Source of the DNA: Eledone cirrhosa
Taxonomy: Eukaryota
Direction of reading: 5' to 3'
Length of the DNA stretch: 64,000 nucleotides
Assembly (NCBI GenBank): GCA_964016885.1
Contig: OZ024741.1
Span: 183,706,001 to 183,770,000 of the forward strand
Part shown: positions 44,528-57,866 of the stretch, piece by piece
Numbering within the stretch: the first letter of the stretch is position 1
Layout: every line of letters starts with the position of its first letter
Made by a program: the position numbers and the translations under genes
The notes under the pieces: generated by a model
Told to the model about the DNA's origin: nothing
The model's input: the letters and a program-made list of their open reading frames with translations, nothing else
Databases searched by the model: none

Positions 44528-46200
44528 TTTTGTTTTTATATGATCGAACCTTACTAAGGTTGATAATATAAAGTATCAATCAAATACTGAGTTCGATATA
44601 ATCGAACAACTTTTTAATTAAAATTTGTGGCCTTATGTTCTGAGTTCAAATCCAGCTGAGGCCAGTTTTGTCTTACATCCTTCCGAAGTTAATAAAATAA
44701 AGTACCAGTTAAGTAATGGTGTCGATGTAATCAACGTTCGCCTCCCCACAAAATGTTGGCCTTACGCTTAAATCAGAAATCCTTATTATTAGAGGGGTGG
44801 TTGATTGCCAGAATCCCTAAAGCGTCGGACAAAATGTCATATAGTGAGGACACTTTTTGTTCTGTGAAAGCACATGATACAGGGGTTAAATGTTGGACTT
44901 ATGATCATAATGCCATGTGTGCGATTCTTGGACCTGGTTGTGTTGTGTTCTTGAACAAAACATTTCCCTTTGCTCCAGTATACTCAGCTGAAAATGAGTA
45001 CCAGCAGCAGCTGGGGTCTTAACCTTGCGATGGACTGGAGGAAGTCTTGTACTCTCAGTTGCTTAACGCTAAGGACATTAGAATAAGCACCTGCTTGAAG
45101 ACTTTGGAACAGTGTTAAGACCTTTTATTTTTACTTTATATTCAGAATTCAAATCTCGCCATAGACAACTTTACCTTTGATCCTTTCGGTATCAATTAAT
45201 CAAAGTACTAGTCGAGTGCTGAGGTGAATATAATCGAATTCCCTTTCATATTCTCCTAAATGAGAAACATGGGTGTTAGCAAAATTGGTAGAGCACCTAC
45301 TAAATGTCTTTCTGGGGGAAAGACGACGTTAACTTATACTTTTATTGTTCTGCGTCAGATAAAATAACACACGAGCAAAGTACTGGAATCCATTTCACAG
45401 ACTCTTCCGTTCTGACCGTGTGTTGATGCAATAAGTAATCATAATCGTTGTTATTGTTATTGGATATTACAGCAAAAAAATGTTGGCTTGAAGCATCTTA
45501 CGTTTCACTTAACATGTAGGTTTCTAACATTAGCACAATGCCACAGACTTGAAGGGAAGAGTTAGTAAAATATATTGACACCAGTACTTAACGGGTGGTT
45601 AATTATAACGATCTCGGAAGAGCGAATATTCTAACGTCAAAAAAAGTGTATGTTGATAAGTATTGTGGCAATGTCAAAATTAACGAAGAGAAAAAATTAT
45701 TAAGGTTTGTGTGTAGAAGGATTTGAGAAAAATAATGTGAAGTTAAAGTTTGTATATTGAAGGAATTGATATGTGCGAATAAAGAGTTAATATGTATTAA
45801 GAATGAGTTCGTTGATGGGGAGAAAAAAATAATAAATTAAGGATGAAATTGAGATTAAAAAGTTTTATGATAGAGAGAAAAAATAATAATAATTGCGGAT
45901 GAATATTCTAACGTCAAAAAAACAAATGTATATGTTATGAAGGATTTTACAAGGTGAAGATAGAAGAGGGTAATGAGTAAACAAGTATTATAGAGTGTAT
46001 AATGCCCTTTGAAGTAAGGTAGGAAGATGGGTATATTTTAAAGAGGTGTATGTATATGTGCCTTTGAGAAAAGATTCTAAATTGATAAAGAATAAAATAT
46101 TTTTCCCAATATCACACATCAATCTAAAACCACTTTTCATATGTTGATTTAAAACTGCACTATCCACAAGTGCTTTTTAGCCTTCATATCATGTTCTCCT

Positions 46201-46270
46201 GTTTTATCTGATGAAAACACAAATATTATTGCATGATGATGTTTGTTTTTGAAATGCGCATAATAAAATA
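46201..46270 (+). ncRNA. Type I hammerhead ribozyme, 5' pLTR
   Basis: GTTTTAT-CTGATGA(46208)-stem II-GAAA(46251)-TGCGCA-TA|ATAAAAT; cleavage predicted after 46262. Confidence 0.92.
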
Positions 46271-46474
46271 CATGGAACTCCTTTAACCATCTTTTGATCT
46301 TATATTATGTATACTCCAGTCCTACAAACTGTAGAGTGCTTCTTATCCGATATCTGCATTGCTTTATTGTACTACAATAAAACTCACCTACTACATTAAC
46401 TTGCTCCTTAACGGTTGAGCGCTTACTCTCATATTGGATACCTTTTGATGGTCTTTTACCTCTTCTTCTACAAC

Positions 46475-48876
46475 ATGGATTATTACAACATAACCAATTC
46501 AACTAAAGACATTCCTATACCTGGTAAATCTGAATTCACCAAACTTCTTATTGAAAAAACTGACTCCTTCATAAGAAGACTTAGATGGACAGCCTATTTC
46601 TATGACCAGCGCCTAAAAGGGAACTTCCATACCAAAGAGCATAACTTCCTCGATCATCTATTTAATTCTAGACGAAATCCTCCTTCCAACAAAAATCTAG
46701 TACAACTCGAGGAAGAATTAACTAAAATAATAAAAAATCTTAAATTCAAGAGATACCCTTACAAAGGACAAGAGCACCTTGTAAATCTCAAGAACACAAT
46801 TTCTAACCTAAATTCCTAAAAAATGTTTTAGTCCACTCTGACAAAACCAATAACTTATATGGTATTTCCAAGTATAATTATAACAACCTTATCCTAAAGG
46901 AACTTAGGAAAAAGTATCGTAAAACCAACCATGAAAATTTAGAATACATAAACCTTGAAGCCTCTGAGATTATGTCAAAACTTGGCATTGAAAAAAAGAC
47001 CGAACCATTCCTCCCAAGAACTCCGAGGATAAATCTCAAGGATCACAAAAACAATTTTCGCACTGAACTACCTGTTAGATTAATCGCCCCCTCTAAATCT
47101 GATCTGGGGGTTGTTAGTAAAGCCATCTTGGATAGAATTATCCCACAGGTTAGTTCTAATTGCTCTTCTTTGAACCTAAATTTATGGTTTGGTACTTCTG
47201 AAGTGATTGGCTGGTTCAACAAATTGGATAATAAAAACAAACTAAAATTTATTCAATTTGATATTGCCAGCTACTATTCCTCCATTTCGCCTTCACTTCT
47301 CAATAATGCTCTATCTTTCGCACTTAAATATTCTGACATCACCACAGATGAACTTCACATCATCCTCACCGCACGTAAAACCATCCTAGAGTTCAACAAC
47401 GAATATTGGACCAGAGCCGATACCTCTAACAACTTCGACATCACAATGGGAGCATCCGATTCATCCCAATTGACTGATTTAATTGGTATCTTCATTTTGA
47501 ACTCTTTGAGTCGGAAAATTCCTCAACTTCGCGGTGGAATTTATCGTGACGATGGACTCTTTACTATCCTAAATTGCAATATAGTTAACCTTAATATTAT
47601 TAAGAACAATATATGTAATCTCTTTAACCAACATAACCTAAAAATTGAATTTGATAATAGTATCAAACTAGCTAATTTCTTGGATGTATCTCTTAATCTT
47701 GACACTGGCCTATATTACCCTTACCATAAAAACAATGAGAACCTAAATTATGTTAACTTTAAATCTAACCATCCTACCAATATCAAGAATGCTATAGTTA
47801 GTAATATTGGAAAAAGAATATCTAACATATCTTCTAATAAAAACATCTTTGATGCTAACGCCAATTACTATAATAACGCACTTTCTAAAGCCGGCTATCC
47901 AGATAAAATCAAATATAGTAAAGAAACAAATTCTAGAAAAACTTACAGTAGAATAATTAATCATGATCATTCCAATAATTTTAATAAAAGACCTAGATAC
48001 AAAAACATAATCTGGTATAATGCTCCTTTCTCCATCTCTATTAATAACAATATTCCTAAATTATTTTTTAGTGCCTTAAATAAATGCTTCCCTCCCTCAC
48101 ATATCTATAGTAAAATATTTAACAAACACACCATCAAATTTTCTTATTCTACATCCTCCAATATTTCCAACATCATCTCTAAACACAACAATAAAATACT
48201 AAATACTAAATCGCTTCCTTCCAACATTGAATTTCATAATAACAGTAATAGTACTCCCGACGTCATTGTAAACCCTAGGCTAACTTCTGTAAACCCAAAT
48301 ACAACGTCAAACACAACTTCGCTAAATGTTCATAATCCAACTCTAAATTAAGAAACTATTATTCCTATTATTCCTATCGCAAACAACTTCTCCAATCCAA
48401 TTCCTTCTATAGATAACACTAGGTCACTCATTAATAATCTCTCTAATTGCAACTGCCGCATTAAAAATAAATGTCCTCTCAACAACCATTGTCTCGATAA
48501 AAACTTAATTTATGAATGTAAAGTTATAACTAGCACCAATTCCTTCACCTATTTTGGCTCCACTTCCACCTCTTTTAAAGCTCGTCTCTACAATCATCAT
48601 TCATCTTTCAAATACAAACTTAAAAGAACCAACACGGCTCTCTCAGAACTCATATGGTCCTTGAAAGACAAAAACATTAAATATACCATCTTTTGGAAGA
48701 AGGTTTCTTCTGCATCCTCATACTTGAACAGCTCTCTATCTAAAATCTGTAATCTCTGCCTAAATGAAAAATTTACCATTATCTCTAACCTAGATTCTAT
48801 AATAAATAGACGTACAGATTTGTTTTCTATCTGCCTGCATAAATTCCATAGGACTTTTCACAAAGTATACAGTTAA
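46475..48876 (+). pseudogene. PLE polyprotein (~800 aa): N-terminal domain, reverse transcriptase, CxC-x5-C Zn motif, GIY-YIG endonuclease; one frameshift (~46816) and one TAA (48349-48351)
   Basis: STKDIPIP...IRRLRW; VHSDKT; FIQFDIASYYSSI; FDITMGASDS; GIYRDDGL; NFLDV; after the stop, in frame CNCRIKNKCPLNNHC, LIYECKV...YFGST...FKARLYNH, CNLCLNEK, CLH. Confidence 0.93.
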
Positions 48877-49397
48877 TATTCAATTCTTTATCAATTTAGA
48901 ATCTTTTCTCAAAGGCACATATACATACACCTCTTTAAAATATACCCATCTTCCTACCTTACTTCAAAGGGCATTATATACTCTATAATACTTGTTTACT
49001 CATTACCCTCTTTCTATCTTCACCTTGTAAAATCCTTCATAACATATACATTTGTTTTTTTGACGTTAGAATATTCATCCGCAATTATTATTATTTTTTC
49101 TCTCTATCATAAAACTTTTTAATCTCAATTTCATCCTTAATTTATTATTTTTTTCTCCCCATCAACGAACTCATTCTTAATACATATTAACTCTTTATTC
49201 GCACATATCAATTCCTTCAATATACAAACTTTAACTTCACATTATTTTTCTCAAATCCTTCTACACACAAACCTTAATAATTTTTTCTCTTCGTTAATTT
49301 TGAAATTGCCACAATACTTATCAACATACACTTTTTTTGACGTTAGAATATTCATCCACAATTATTATTTTTTCTCTCTATCTTCATACATAAATTT

Positions 49398-49800
49398 CCT
49401 TCGTTAATTTTCAAATTCTTTTAATTTATACATTATCTTCCAACGGTTCTCAACCTCTCTATATAAAACAATATATCTTTTGTCAGTTATAAAAACTATC
49501 TCTTTCTCTCTATCACCCATCTCTCCCTCTCCACCTTCACTCTCATCTCCTCCCCCTTTTTTTCATCCTCCCCCCCCTCCCTAAATAAAATATATTTTTT
49601 CCTCATACATATCTTCCCTTCGTTAATTTTCAAATTCTTTTAATTTATACATTATCTTCCAACGGTTTTCAACCTCTCTATGTAAAACAATATATCTTCT
49701 CTCAGTTACAAAAACTATCTCTTTCTCTCTATCACCCATCTCTCCCTCTCATCTCCTCCCCTTTTTCATCCTTTCCACCCCCCCCCTCTCTAAATAAAAT
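49398..49800 (+). repeat. ~220-bp tandem duplication in the PLE 3' UTR
   Basis: ccttcgttaattttcaaattc...taaataaaat at ~49398 and ~49617. Confidence 0.85.
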
Positions 49801-49902
49801 ATTTTTCCCAATATCACACATCAATCTAAAACCACTTTTCATATGTTGATTTAAAACTGCACTATCCACAAGTGTTTTTTAGCCTTCATATCATGTTCTC
49901 CT

Positions 49903-49972
49903 GTTTTATCTGATGAAAACACAAATATTATTGCATGATGATGTTTGTTTTTGAAATGCGCATAATAAAATA
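49903..49972 (+). ncRNA. Type I hammerhead ribozyme, 3' pLTR
   Basis: Identical to 46201-46270; cleavage predicted after 49964. Confidence 0.92.
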
Positions 49973-50091
49973 CATGGAACTCCTTTAACCATCTTTTGAT
50001 CTTATATTATGTATACTCCAGTCCTACAAACTGTAGAGTGCTTCTTATCCGATATCTGCATTGCTTTATTGTACTACAATAAAACTCACCT

Positions 50092-50143
<52 letters not shown>

Positions 50144-50223
50144 CATACACACACACACTCACACACACACACTCACACACATATATATATATATATATAT
50201 ATACATACATAGACACACACACA

Positions 50224-50304
<81 letters not shown>

Positions 50305-50319
50305 ATCTCTATACCTCTC

Positions 50320-50368
<49 letters not shown>

Positions 50369-51396
50369 GTCTGCGGTGCAAAGACCGCGAAAACCATAAA
50401 TCAGAATATTACTCGATGAATGTTGAGATACAGAGTGGATATATTGAAGAGGTACAATCTGTGAGTCTCGCGGTTGGGAGCTATCTCTGCAATACATTAC
50501 GTGTGACTGTGTGCGCGTGTGTGTGTGCATACACGTGCACAATCCCATATCTATGTACGTATGTGCGTATGTATATATATATTTACACACACACACAAAC
50601 ACATACAGACACACACACATACACACACACACGCGCACACACACACACACGCACACACACACACGTATATATATATATATGCTCATTTACATACAAATTC
50701 ATTTATATAATTTTCTTCATTTCGCGAGATATAAAGGGCTTCTTTTTTGTTTAAATTGTTTATTTGCTTCTGACTTCCAAAGTTTCCACAGTAGTGACAA
50801 TGGGAGATGAATCCTCAAAGCAGTGATAGTTAACTCCCCGTCTCGAAGGAGAGGGCAATAAACGAATGAAACAAATCTCTTGTGTATTGAGCGAAATTGC
50901 CCCCAATAACAGCAATATTTACAACACTTACAGTAACAACGACGCCAACAACGGCAACAACAACAACTATAAGACAAACAGCAGTAGCAGTACCATCGCC
51001 ACGACCCCCCCCCCGACACCTTCCACCACCACCACCACCATCCCTTTCAACAATGTCCGTGATGACAATGATAACATCATGGACAATCAAGAGACAACTC
51101 GCAGTCAGAAGAAAAACGATGTTAATCTTAATATAAACACATGTTAAAAATGACTGCCACAAGAGCAAGATTAGCAATGACAGTGTCAACAATACTGTCA
51201 ACAAAAATAAACACCCAAAGTAACAGCAAAAATGAAAAGGAAGGCAACGAAGACAAATGTACTTGCCGCAGATATTTAAACCTCAATATTATGGCACAAT
51301 TGGTACGACTATCAGCACGAGGCAAGAGTACAATTCCCCGAAGAGTTGTACGAAGAAATAAGGAAATAAAACAGCATACTTTATTATTATATCATT

Positions 51397-51431
<35 letters not shown>

Positions 51432-51655
51432 TCTCTTTATTTATTTATTTATCTATTTATTTATTTATTTATTTATTTTTGTGGTTGTTGGATTGTCCGA
51501 ATCGTTTCAGCGTCGAATAAAAGTTCTTAGCAATATTTTTTCTGGCTCTTTTACGTTTTGCGTTTAACTCTGATCAACTTTGTCTTTCATCCTACCGGAG
51601 TCAGTAGTATAAAGTACCTACAATTCTACTATTGCAATCTCCCCCACACGAATAT

Positions 51656-51815
51656 CAGACCTGTCAACTCTCCCTGTCCGACGGGGAGTTCTCCCACTCA
51701 TTTTGGGGTAGGTGAGAGATGTCTTCTCTTGTGAAAATTGCCTCATTTCTCCCCGTTTTAGGGCACATTTTTTCATGTTACTCCCCGTTTGGGTTTTTAG
51801 AGGTGGGCAGGTCTG
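51656..51815. mobile_element. MITE, same family as 17933-18106 (opposite orientation)
   Basis: TIR CAGACCTGTCAAC/GTGGGCAGGTCTG; flanks GAATAT/AAATAT. Confidence 0.75.
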
Positions 51816-52152
51816 AAATATTCTAGCACAGTCTTTAAATTAGAAACCATTATTTCTTCGGTAGCTTCATACGAGATTATACTGCATCTGGTACACCTTC
51901 GTGTTCCTGAGGTGTGTACAGCATTGTGTTCATATGTTTGTGTGGAGCTGCTGTATAAACTCCTCCTATAAGTGTCCTGAATCATTCTTGTTTTGTTATA
52001 GGGTTTAGCTTGTAGTGTCTTGTGGTATATTAATGTTTGTTCTGTAGTAGATGGGACATGTAACGTGAGTTACATTATTTTATTGGGTATTACTCTTGTA
52101 GAGTATATGTTAGCTGCGTTGCTTTATATTATTAGGTTCATATTGTATAGGG

Positions 52153-52809
52153 CAAGAGTCGGCAAACTTTTGGGGCGCGCGGGCCACATTGTTATACAGT
52201 TTCTTGTAGGTTGGCCACATAGCAATACAATGTCAGGTCGGCGAGCCATGATATCAAAATGTAATAAATTTGCTTGATCTCAGACTGCTCTGTCCAGAAG
52301 GCTACCTTAAGCCACGGCATTTAAAGAAGAACAATGAATTTTATGTGATATTACTTTAATAACATTCTTTACAGGAAGAAATGATAAATTGTTTAATGAG
52401 AAACTTGTTTTTGCCTGTCGTTGGATAGCTTCTCTACATTAGGCAAAATATTTGTCGAGGAAAGGAATAGAACATCAGATGGTCATCACGCAGCCTTGTT
52501 CTTAAACGATCTTTGGTACATTTCATTTTGAAAAAAAGTTGTTCACAGGTATACATACTACCAAATACTGATACTAGCACACACAATCACCTTGACTTCA
52601 GTGTCTGACTATTCTATCTGTCTGAGTTTGATTGTTACTGTCGCGCAAACAATTACGATCAGCTAAGTGAGTCTTGTGGCTAGACGTGTTCTCTAGTCGG
52701 TATTCTAATCCAAAATAATTCAGACCACTTTTTCAGGGATCATTTAGCCTAAGATTGAAACCTGTAGGCGGGCCGGATGTGGCCACGGGCCGTTGTTTGC
52801 CAACCCCTG
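52153..52809 (-). mobile_element. Internally deleted hAT-Charlie/SPIN-like DNA transposon
   Basis: Imperfect 15-bp TIRs CAAGAGTCGGCAAAC/GTTTGCCAACCCCTG; minus-strand FGSMYTCEQLFFKMK...RTRLRDDHL; 8-bp flanks match 6/8. Confidence 0.8.
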
Positions 52810-53150
52810 TTATACGGTGTCATCATGGCTATATATATACAGACTTGCAGCCAACCGTCCAATTGTGTTGGTTCTTAAAGTTGTTGGTATCTAGACAATG
52901 ACCTTGCGCTTCAAGAATTAGTTCTTTAGTTTCTGCTGAACGACCATCAGAACTACTATATACTCATAATTATAGTTAATTATGTACACTACCATTAGAA
53001 CCACCAGCACTATAACCCCACCACCACCACCACCACTACCACTACCGCCACAACCACTACCACTACCACCATATACTTACAAACTGTGTATTTTATCTAA
53101 ATATAGTGAGATAGATAGGCAGGTAGACAGAAACACAGAGAGACAGACAT

Positions 53151-53207
<57 letters not shown>

Positions 53208-53423
53208 GAGAGAGATACAATGGCTGGTCTACAACTAGACATTGTAGTCTTTACAGTGTTCTATAAGCATTGATATTTCGTACATGATTTATATGGATCT
53301 CTGAACTATCAAACGGCCCCGCAAACATCTGCTCCAGGGCAAGATTGATTTCCTATTAATTTTGTCAAACTTCTACATACATCTACCTGATTACCTGGTC
53401 GTGTCGATCTCCCTCTATATATG

Positions 53424-53511
<88 letters not shown>

Positions 53512-54914
53512 ATCACATACATATACATGCATACTCACCCCCTCCCCATATATATATATAAATAAATAAATATATATATATATATATATACATATATACA
53601 TATATATATATATATACATATATACACGCACGCCTGTATATATGCATACATGTCACTCGCGAAATGTTTGATGAGATTTTAACACGATGAAATGATATGA
53701 TTCAGTTGTCAATGTCATATATTTATACAGATGTCTGTTGTAATTAATTTCTGTGTTTAATGTACTTTAGACTACTAGACAAAGGGAGACAACCATATCG
53801 CTGTTTGTGTATGTGTGTGTTGTAGAGAAGAGAGAGAGAGGGGGGGGGGTGTAAAAGAGAGAGAATGGTCATGAAATAGTTGGAGATATCAAGACGAAGA
53901 GAGAAGACGGAAAGAATTGAAATAGTAAGAATATTGAGGCTTAATTTAGGCACAGGGCCAGCAATTTTGGGTGGAAAGATAAGTCAGTTACGAATGACTG
54001 GTACATTAGTTTATCCACCCCGAAATTGGGTCCGATGATGTAAGGCGCAGTGCCACATTTACCATTGCGCTTAGGTGTGCTTAAGCACAGGGCTCCGTTG
54101 GCCAAGAGGCCATCTTTCTGACAATTTTTTTTTCTTTACAGGGCCTACCTCCTTCAGTGCCCAAGTTGGGGGCCTCATAACTTAACTAGCAGAAGGCCTG
54201 ATTTGTCCTAACTACGGTACTGCTACGGCGGTGAATTTTGCCAATACAGGCATGAAAGGCAAAATTGACCTCGGAGGGATTTGAACTCAGGACCGTAACA
54301 TAAAGTTGCAAAGAATTTTTGTCTGACATTGTAAAGATTCTGTCAATTCATCACTTTCACCACCTTGAATAATAAGAATCTTACTCACTCCCCATTGCTT
54401 CCAGATCTAATAAATCAAAATTAATGAAAATGTTGGGGTTGTCTCCACACACCGTTTTTAAAAGTTCAGAATTACTCATAGTTTAGAAGAAAACGTCTCA
54501 AAGTGTGCGTTGGGGCTTAATGGGATGGGGGCGGTAGATGTGACATAATAGTATATTCAATATCAAATGATACATATTATATATATATATAGTAAAATAT
54601 AAAATAAATTTATATAATATAAATATTTATACATAGTATATATTATATTATTCATTATATATAAATTAACGATTTTATTTATTATATATTATTGTTATAT
54701 TTACTATTTGCGTAAAGGCAGGTCTCTCTGGAAATGGGAGTGGGGGAATTGAGGGTATTACATGGCTGTGAGGGGTGGAGGTGGTCCCACATGTTTGAGA
54801 ACCTCTGATTTAGAACATCAAGTATGCAAGTGTCCACATTAATAAAAAATATATATTGGTAGGCGTATATTTTGTATAGCCTGGCTAAGGAGAATGAATC
54901 AATAGCTATGCCTA

Positions 54915-55140
54915 CATCCCTCGACATGAGAAATCGACTTGGTGAACATGCCTCTTGAACTGATGCACAGCGATGACTGCAGAAAATATATTTGCAGGAA
55001 TAGAATTACAGAGGACCGACCTTTTAGGGAAGAAGGCCTGGACGTAGTGCTTAGTGGGAGGCATGCGTGGGTGGACATAATATGTGGGATGGGAGAAAAA
55101 GAGATGAATGAGTCGAGGGTATTTAAATGGAAGTGGTACG
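54915..55140 (-). mobile_element. CR1/L2/Jockey-group LINE 3' fragment
   Basis: HYVQAFFPKRSVLCNSIPANIF...FKRHV resembles the FFPRT..LWN.LP C-terminal motif. Confidence 0.6.
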
Positions 55141-55249
55141 AGTCCTGTCAACCAGTCAATCAGACCTGAGGAGCAGTAGCCACTGTAGTAGCAGTAAGAA
55201 AGGCAGAAAGATAAAAAGAGAACGAGAGAGGGAGAGCACGATAGAGAGA

Positions 55250-55280
<31 letters not shown>

Positions 55281-55619
55281 TGAGAGAGAGTAGCATTCCT
55301 TTGGATGCCGTTTAAGACGTCGGTGTATATAGCGCAGCAGCACTCCTCCTTCTAGTTGCATGTGTGTCTCATCTCAGCTCCTGGAGAGGAATGCCAGTTA
55401 TTGTCATGTTTTGGTTATATTGAGGGTGTACATTCATCAGCAGGAAGCCTCAGTGATAGTAATATAGCATCTTTGTGAGGTCTAGCTGTTGTGAGGTCTA
55501 GCTGTTGTTTATGTTTAAGTGATGAGGTGCAAATATATTTTCTTGATATGTGTAAAGATATGTATGCACACATATACAATCATATACACACCCACTCACA
55601 TAAACAAACACACATATGT

Positions 55620-56115
55620 ATATATAGGTTTACACACGGTTATAGCACTATAGTTACAAAGGAAACTGGGTTCTTTCTGAGATTAACTCAGACAAGGAAT
55701 ATTAAAACCCAAGCAAACAACATTGAAAACATACAAACAATAAAGTGAAAAATGAAAAGGAGAAACAAATACTACAGAAATATAACTAAAAAAAAAAAAA
55801 AAAAATTAAGTATCCGAAATCAAAGAAAACCTGAAACAAGATATTCTAGCTAAATCTCAAAGAATCCATTGGTATGGAAAGTGACAACGATCCTTTGAAC
55901 AAAACAGATAATCCAGTTCTAGTTTGAAACTGTTTTCTTAAGAACTAATAAAATAGAAAAAAATGCAACACTGACTGAAAAGAAAACAAAATCAAAAGCA
56001 GAAACTGAAAGATTTAAAAATGCGGCAGAAGCCCAAAGCTCTTTCTCCAGACACTTTTAAATAGATAATGAAGCTGAATACAATAACTAGAGAATATGTT
56101 GACGTTATGAAGAAC
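55620..56115 (+). mobile_element. Decayed R4/Dong-like LINE fragment
   Basis: KQDILAKSQRI...FEQNR-like segment; many lesions. Confidence 0.4.
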
Positions 56116-56177
56116 TAATCAGTCACATTCTGCCCGACAAGGAAAAAATAAAAGAATACACATACACACGCACACAG

Positions 56178-56272
<95 letters not shown>

Positions 56273-56284
56273 CATACATATATA

Positions 56285-56350
<66 letters not shown>

Positions 56351-56619
56351 TAATCAAGACTATACAGAGCATTTGTAGTTGTCCCAAATTGAAGGATGAG
56401 TATTTTAAACTTTATTTTATCATGAGTTAAGGCTCTATTGATTTCCCCCTGGATTTCACTAAATTCTGTTGGATGAATCTATGTCCTGATTCTTTTTGAA
56501 TTGAGTTTGAATTATTTTTCCCACATCTTACGTTAACTATTTTCCCATTTTGACGCTATAGTCACTTATATATTATGGAATACTGTTGGCTTCTTGCTAC
56601 AATACTTTCTATACCTTTC

Positions 56620-56658
<39 letters not shown>

Positions 56659-56671
56659 TATGCAAACAGCC

Positions 56672-56715
<44 letters not shown>

Positions 56716-56874
56716 GGCTGTTTGCATAATTGTATACGAATCGAGTATTATTATTAATATTAAAATAAAGTAATGTACTGGGTATTTGCTGGCCTTGTGC
56801 CAATAGTAGAAACAATTATTAATATTCAAAAAACTCAGATGGCATTTATATATAAATGAATATATATATATATA

Positions 56875-56970
56875 ATGTAGGAGGTGAGTTATATTGTAGA
56901 ACAATAAAACTATGCATATATCAGATAAGTAGCACTCAACAGTTGGTAGAACTGGAGTATATGTAAAATG
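56875..56970 (-). mobile_element. Diverged 3'-terminal fragment of the Naiad pLTR
   Basis: atgtaggaggtgagttatattgtagaacaataaaac...actggagtata matches 28881-28968; between (TA)n tracts. Confidence 0.8.
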
Positions 56971-56972
56971 TC

Positions 56973-57042
<70 letters not shown>

Positions 57043-57394
57043 GTGTGTGTGTGTATGAGTGTGGGGTGTGTGTGTAAGGATAATATTGGCTTCGAATTTA
57101 GGCGCAATGTCAACAAATTTTGCGACGGAAAGGTCAATTAAATCGACCCAAGTGCGTTACTGGTACTTTATTTTATCGACCCCGTAAGGATCAAAGCTAA
57201 CCTCGGTGGGATTTGTATATCACGATAATAATTCACAAGCGTCAAAGAAAAACCGGTTTGTGCTAGATTTGTCTGGGATATGTGATCAATTGGAGGACAG
57301 CAGCTATCTATAGCTATCTATCTATGTACTACCCTCGGGGAATAAAAACGGTATCCCCCTCTCTCTCTCTATTTATCTCGTAAAAATCAGTTAT

Positions 57395-57499
57395 ACCATT
57401 ACTCACCAGGGTACTCGATACTTGGGGAAGTAGTGGGTGACATGAAAAATTCGGGACGCCGACGGCTGAGCTCTTGCCGTTTCAACCACTAGATCTGAA

Positions 57500-57504
<5 letters not shown>
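57395..57504 (-). mobile_element. 3' fragment with a half hammerhead, homologous to 26590-26705
   Basis: GAAA-CGGC AAGAGCTCA GCCG-TC...acccactac...aagtatcgagtac. Confidence 0.7.
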
Positions 57505-57551
<47 letters not shown>

Positions 57552-57866
57552 ATTATTGTTAAATATTTTATGTAAAACCCCCGCCGTCACGTCTTGTAAT
57601 GTCCCATTTGTGTACTCCCTTGTGGCAAATAAAGAAATATATCTATCTATCTATCTGTCAGTCTGTCTAAATACCTATTCCTTTATCTATCTGTCTTTTT
57701 GTTTATCTGTCTGGCTATCTGCGTTTCTATATGCATGCTTGACTGACAATAACAACAAAAACAACAAAAACAACAAAAACAAGATGCAAATCCCAGTAGC
57801 ATTCCAAAGATATACAGAGACAGACAGATAGATAGATAAATAGATAGATAGACAGATAGATAGATA

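Larger units (their letters stand above)
45624..50098 (+). mobile_element. Near-complete Naiad-type Penelope-like retroelement with pseudo-LTRs and a 5' inverted segment
   Basis: pLTRs 46091-46396 and 49793-50098 (one mismatch seen); 45624-46093 is the reverse complement of 48883-49353; RT-endonuclease ORF; 3' end in (TA)n. Confidence 0.95.

Noticed and set aside
48349-48876. Selenocysteine recoding, as known for some Naiad elements
   Set aside because: The in-frame stop is TAA, and the conserved cysteines are TGC/TGT.
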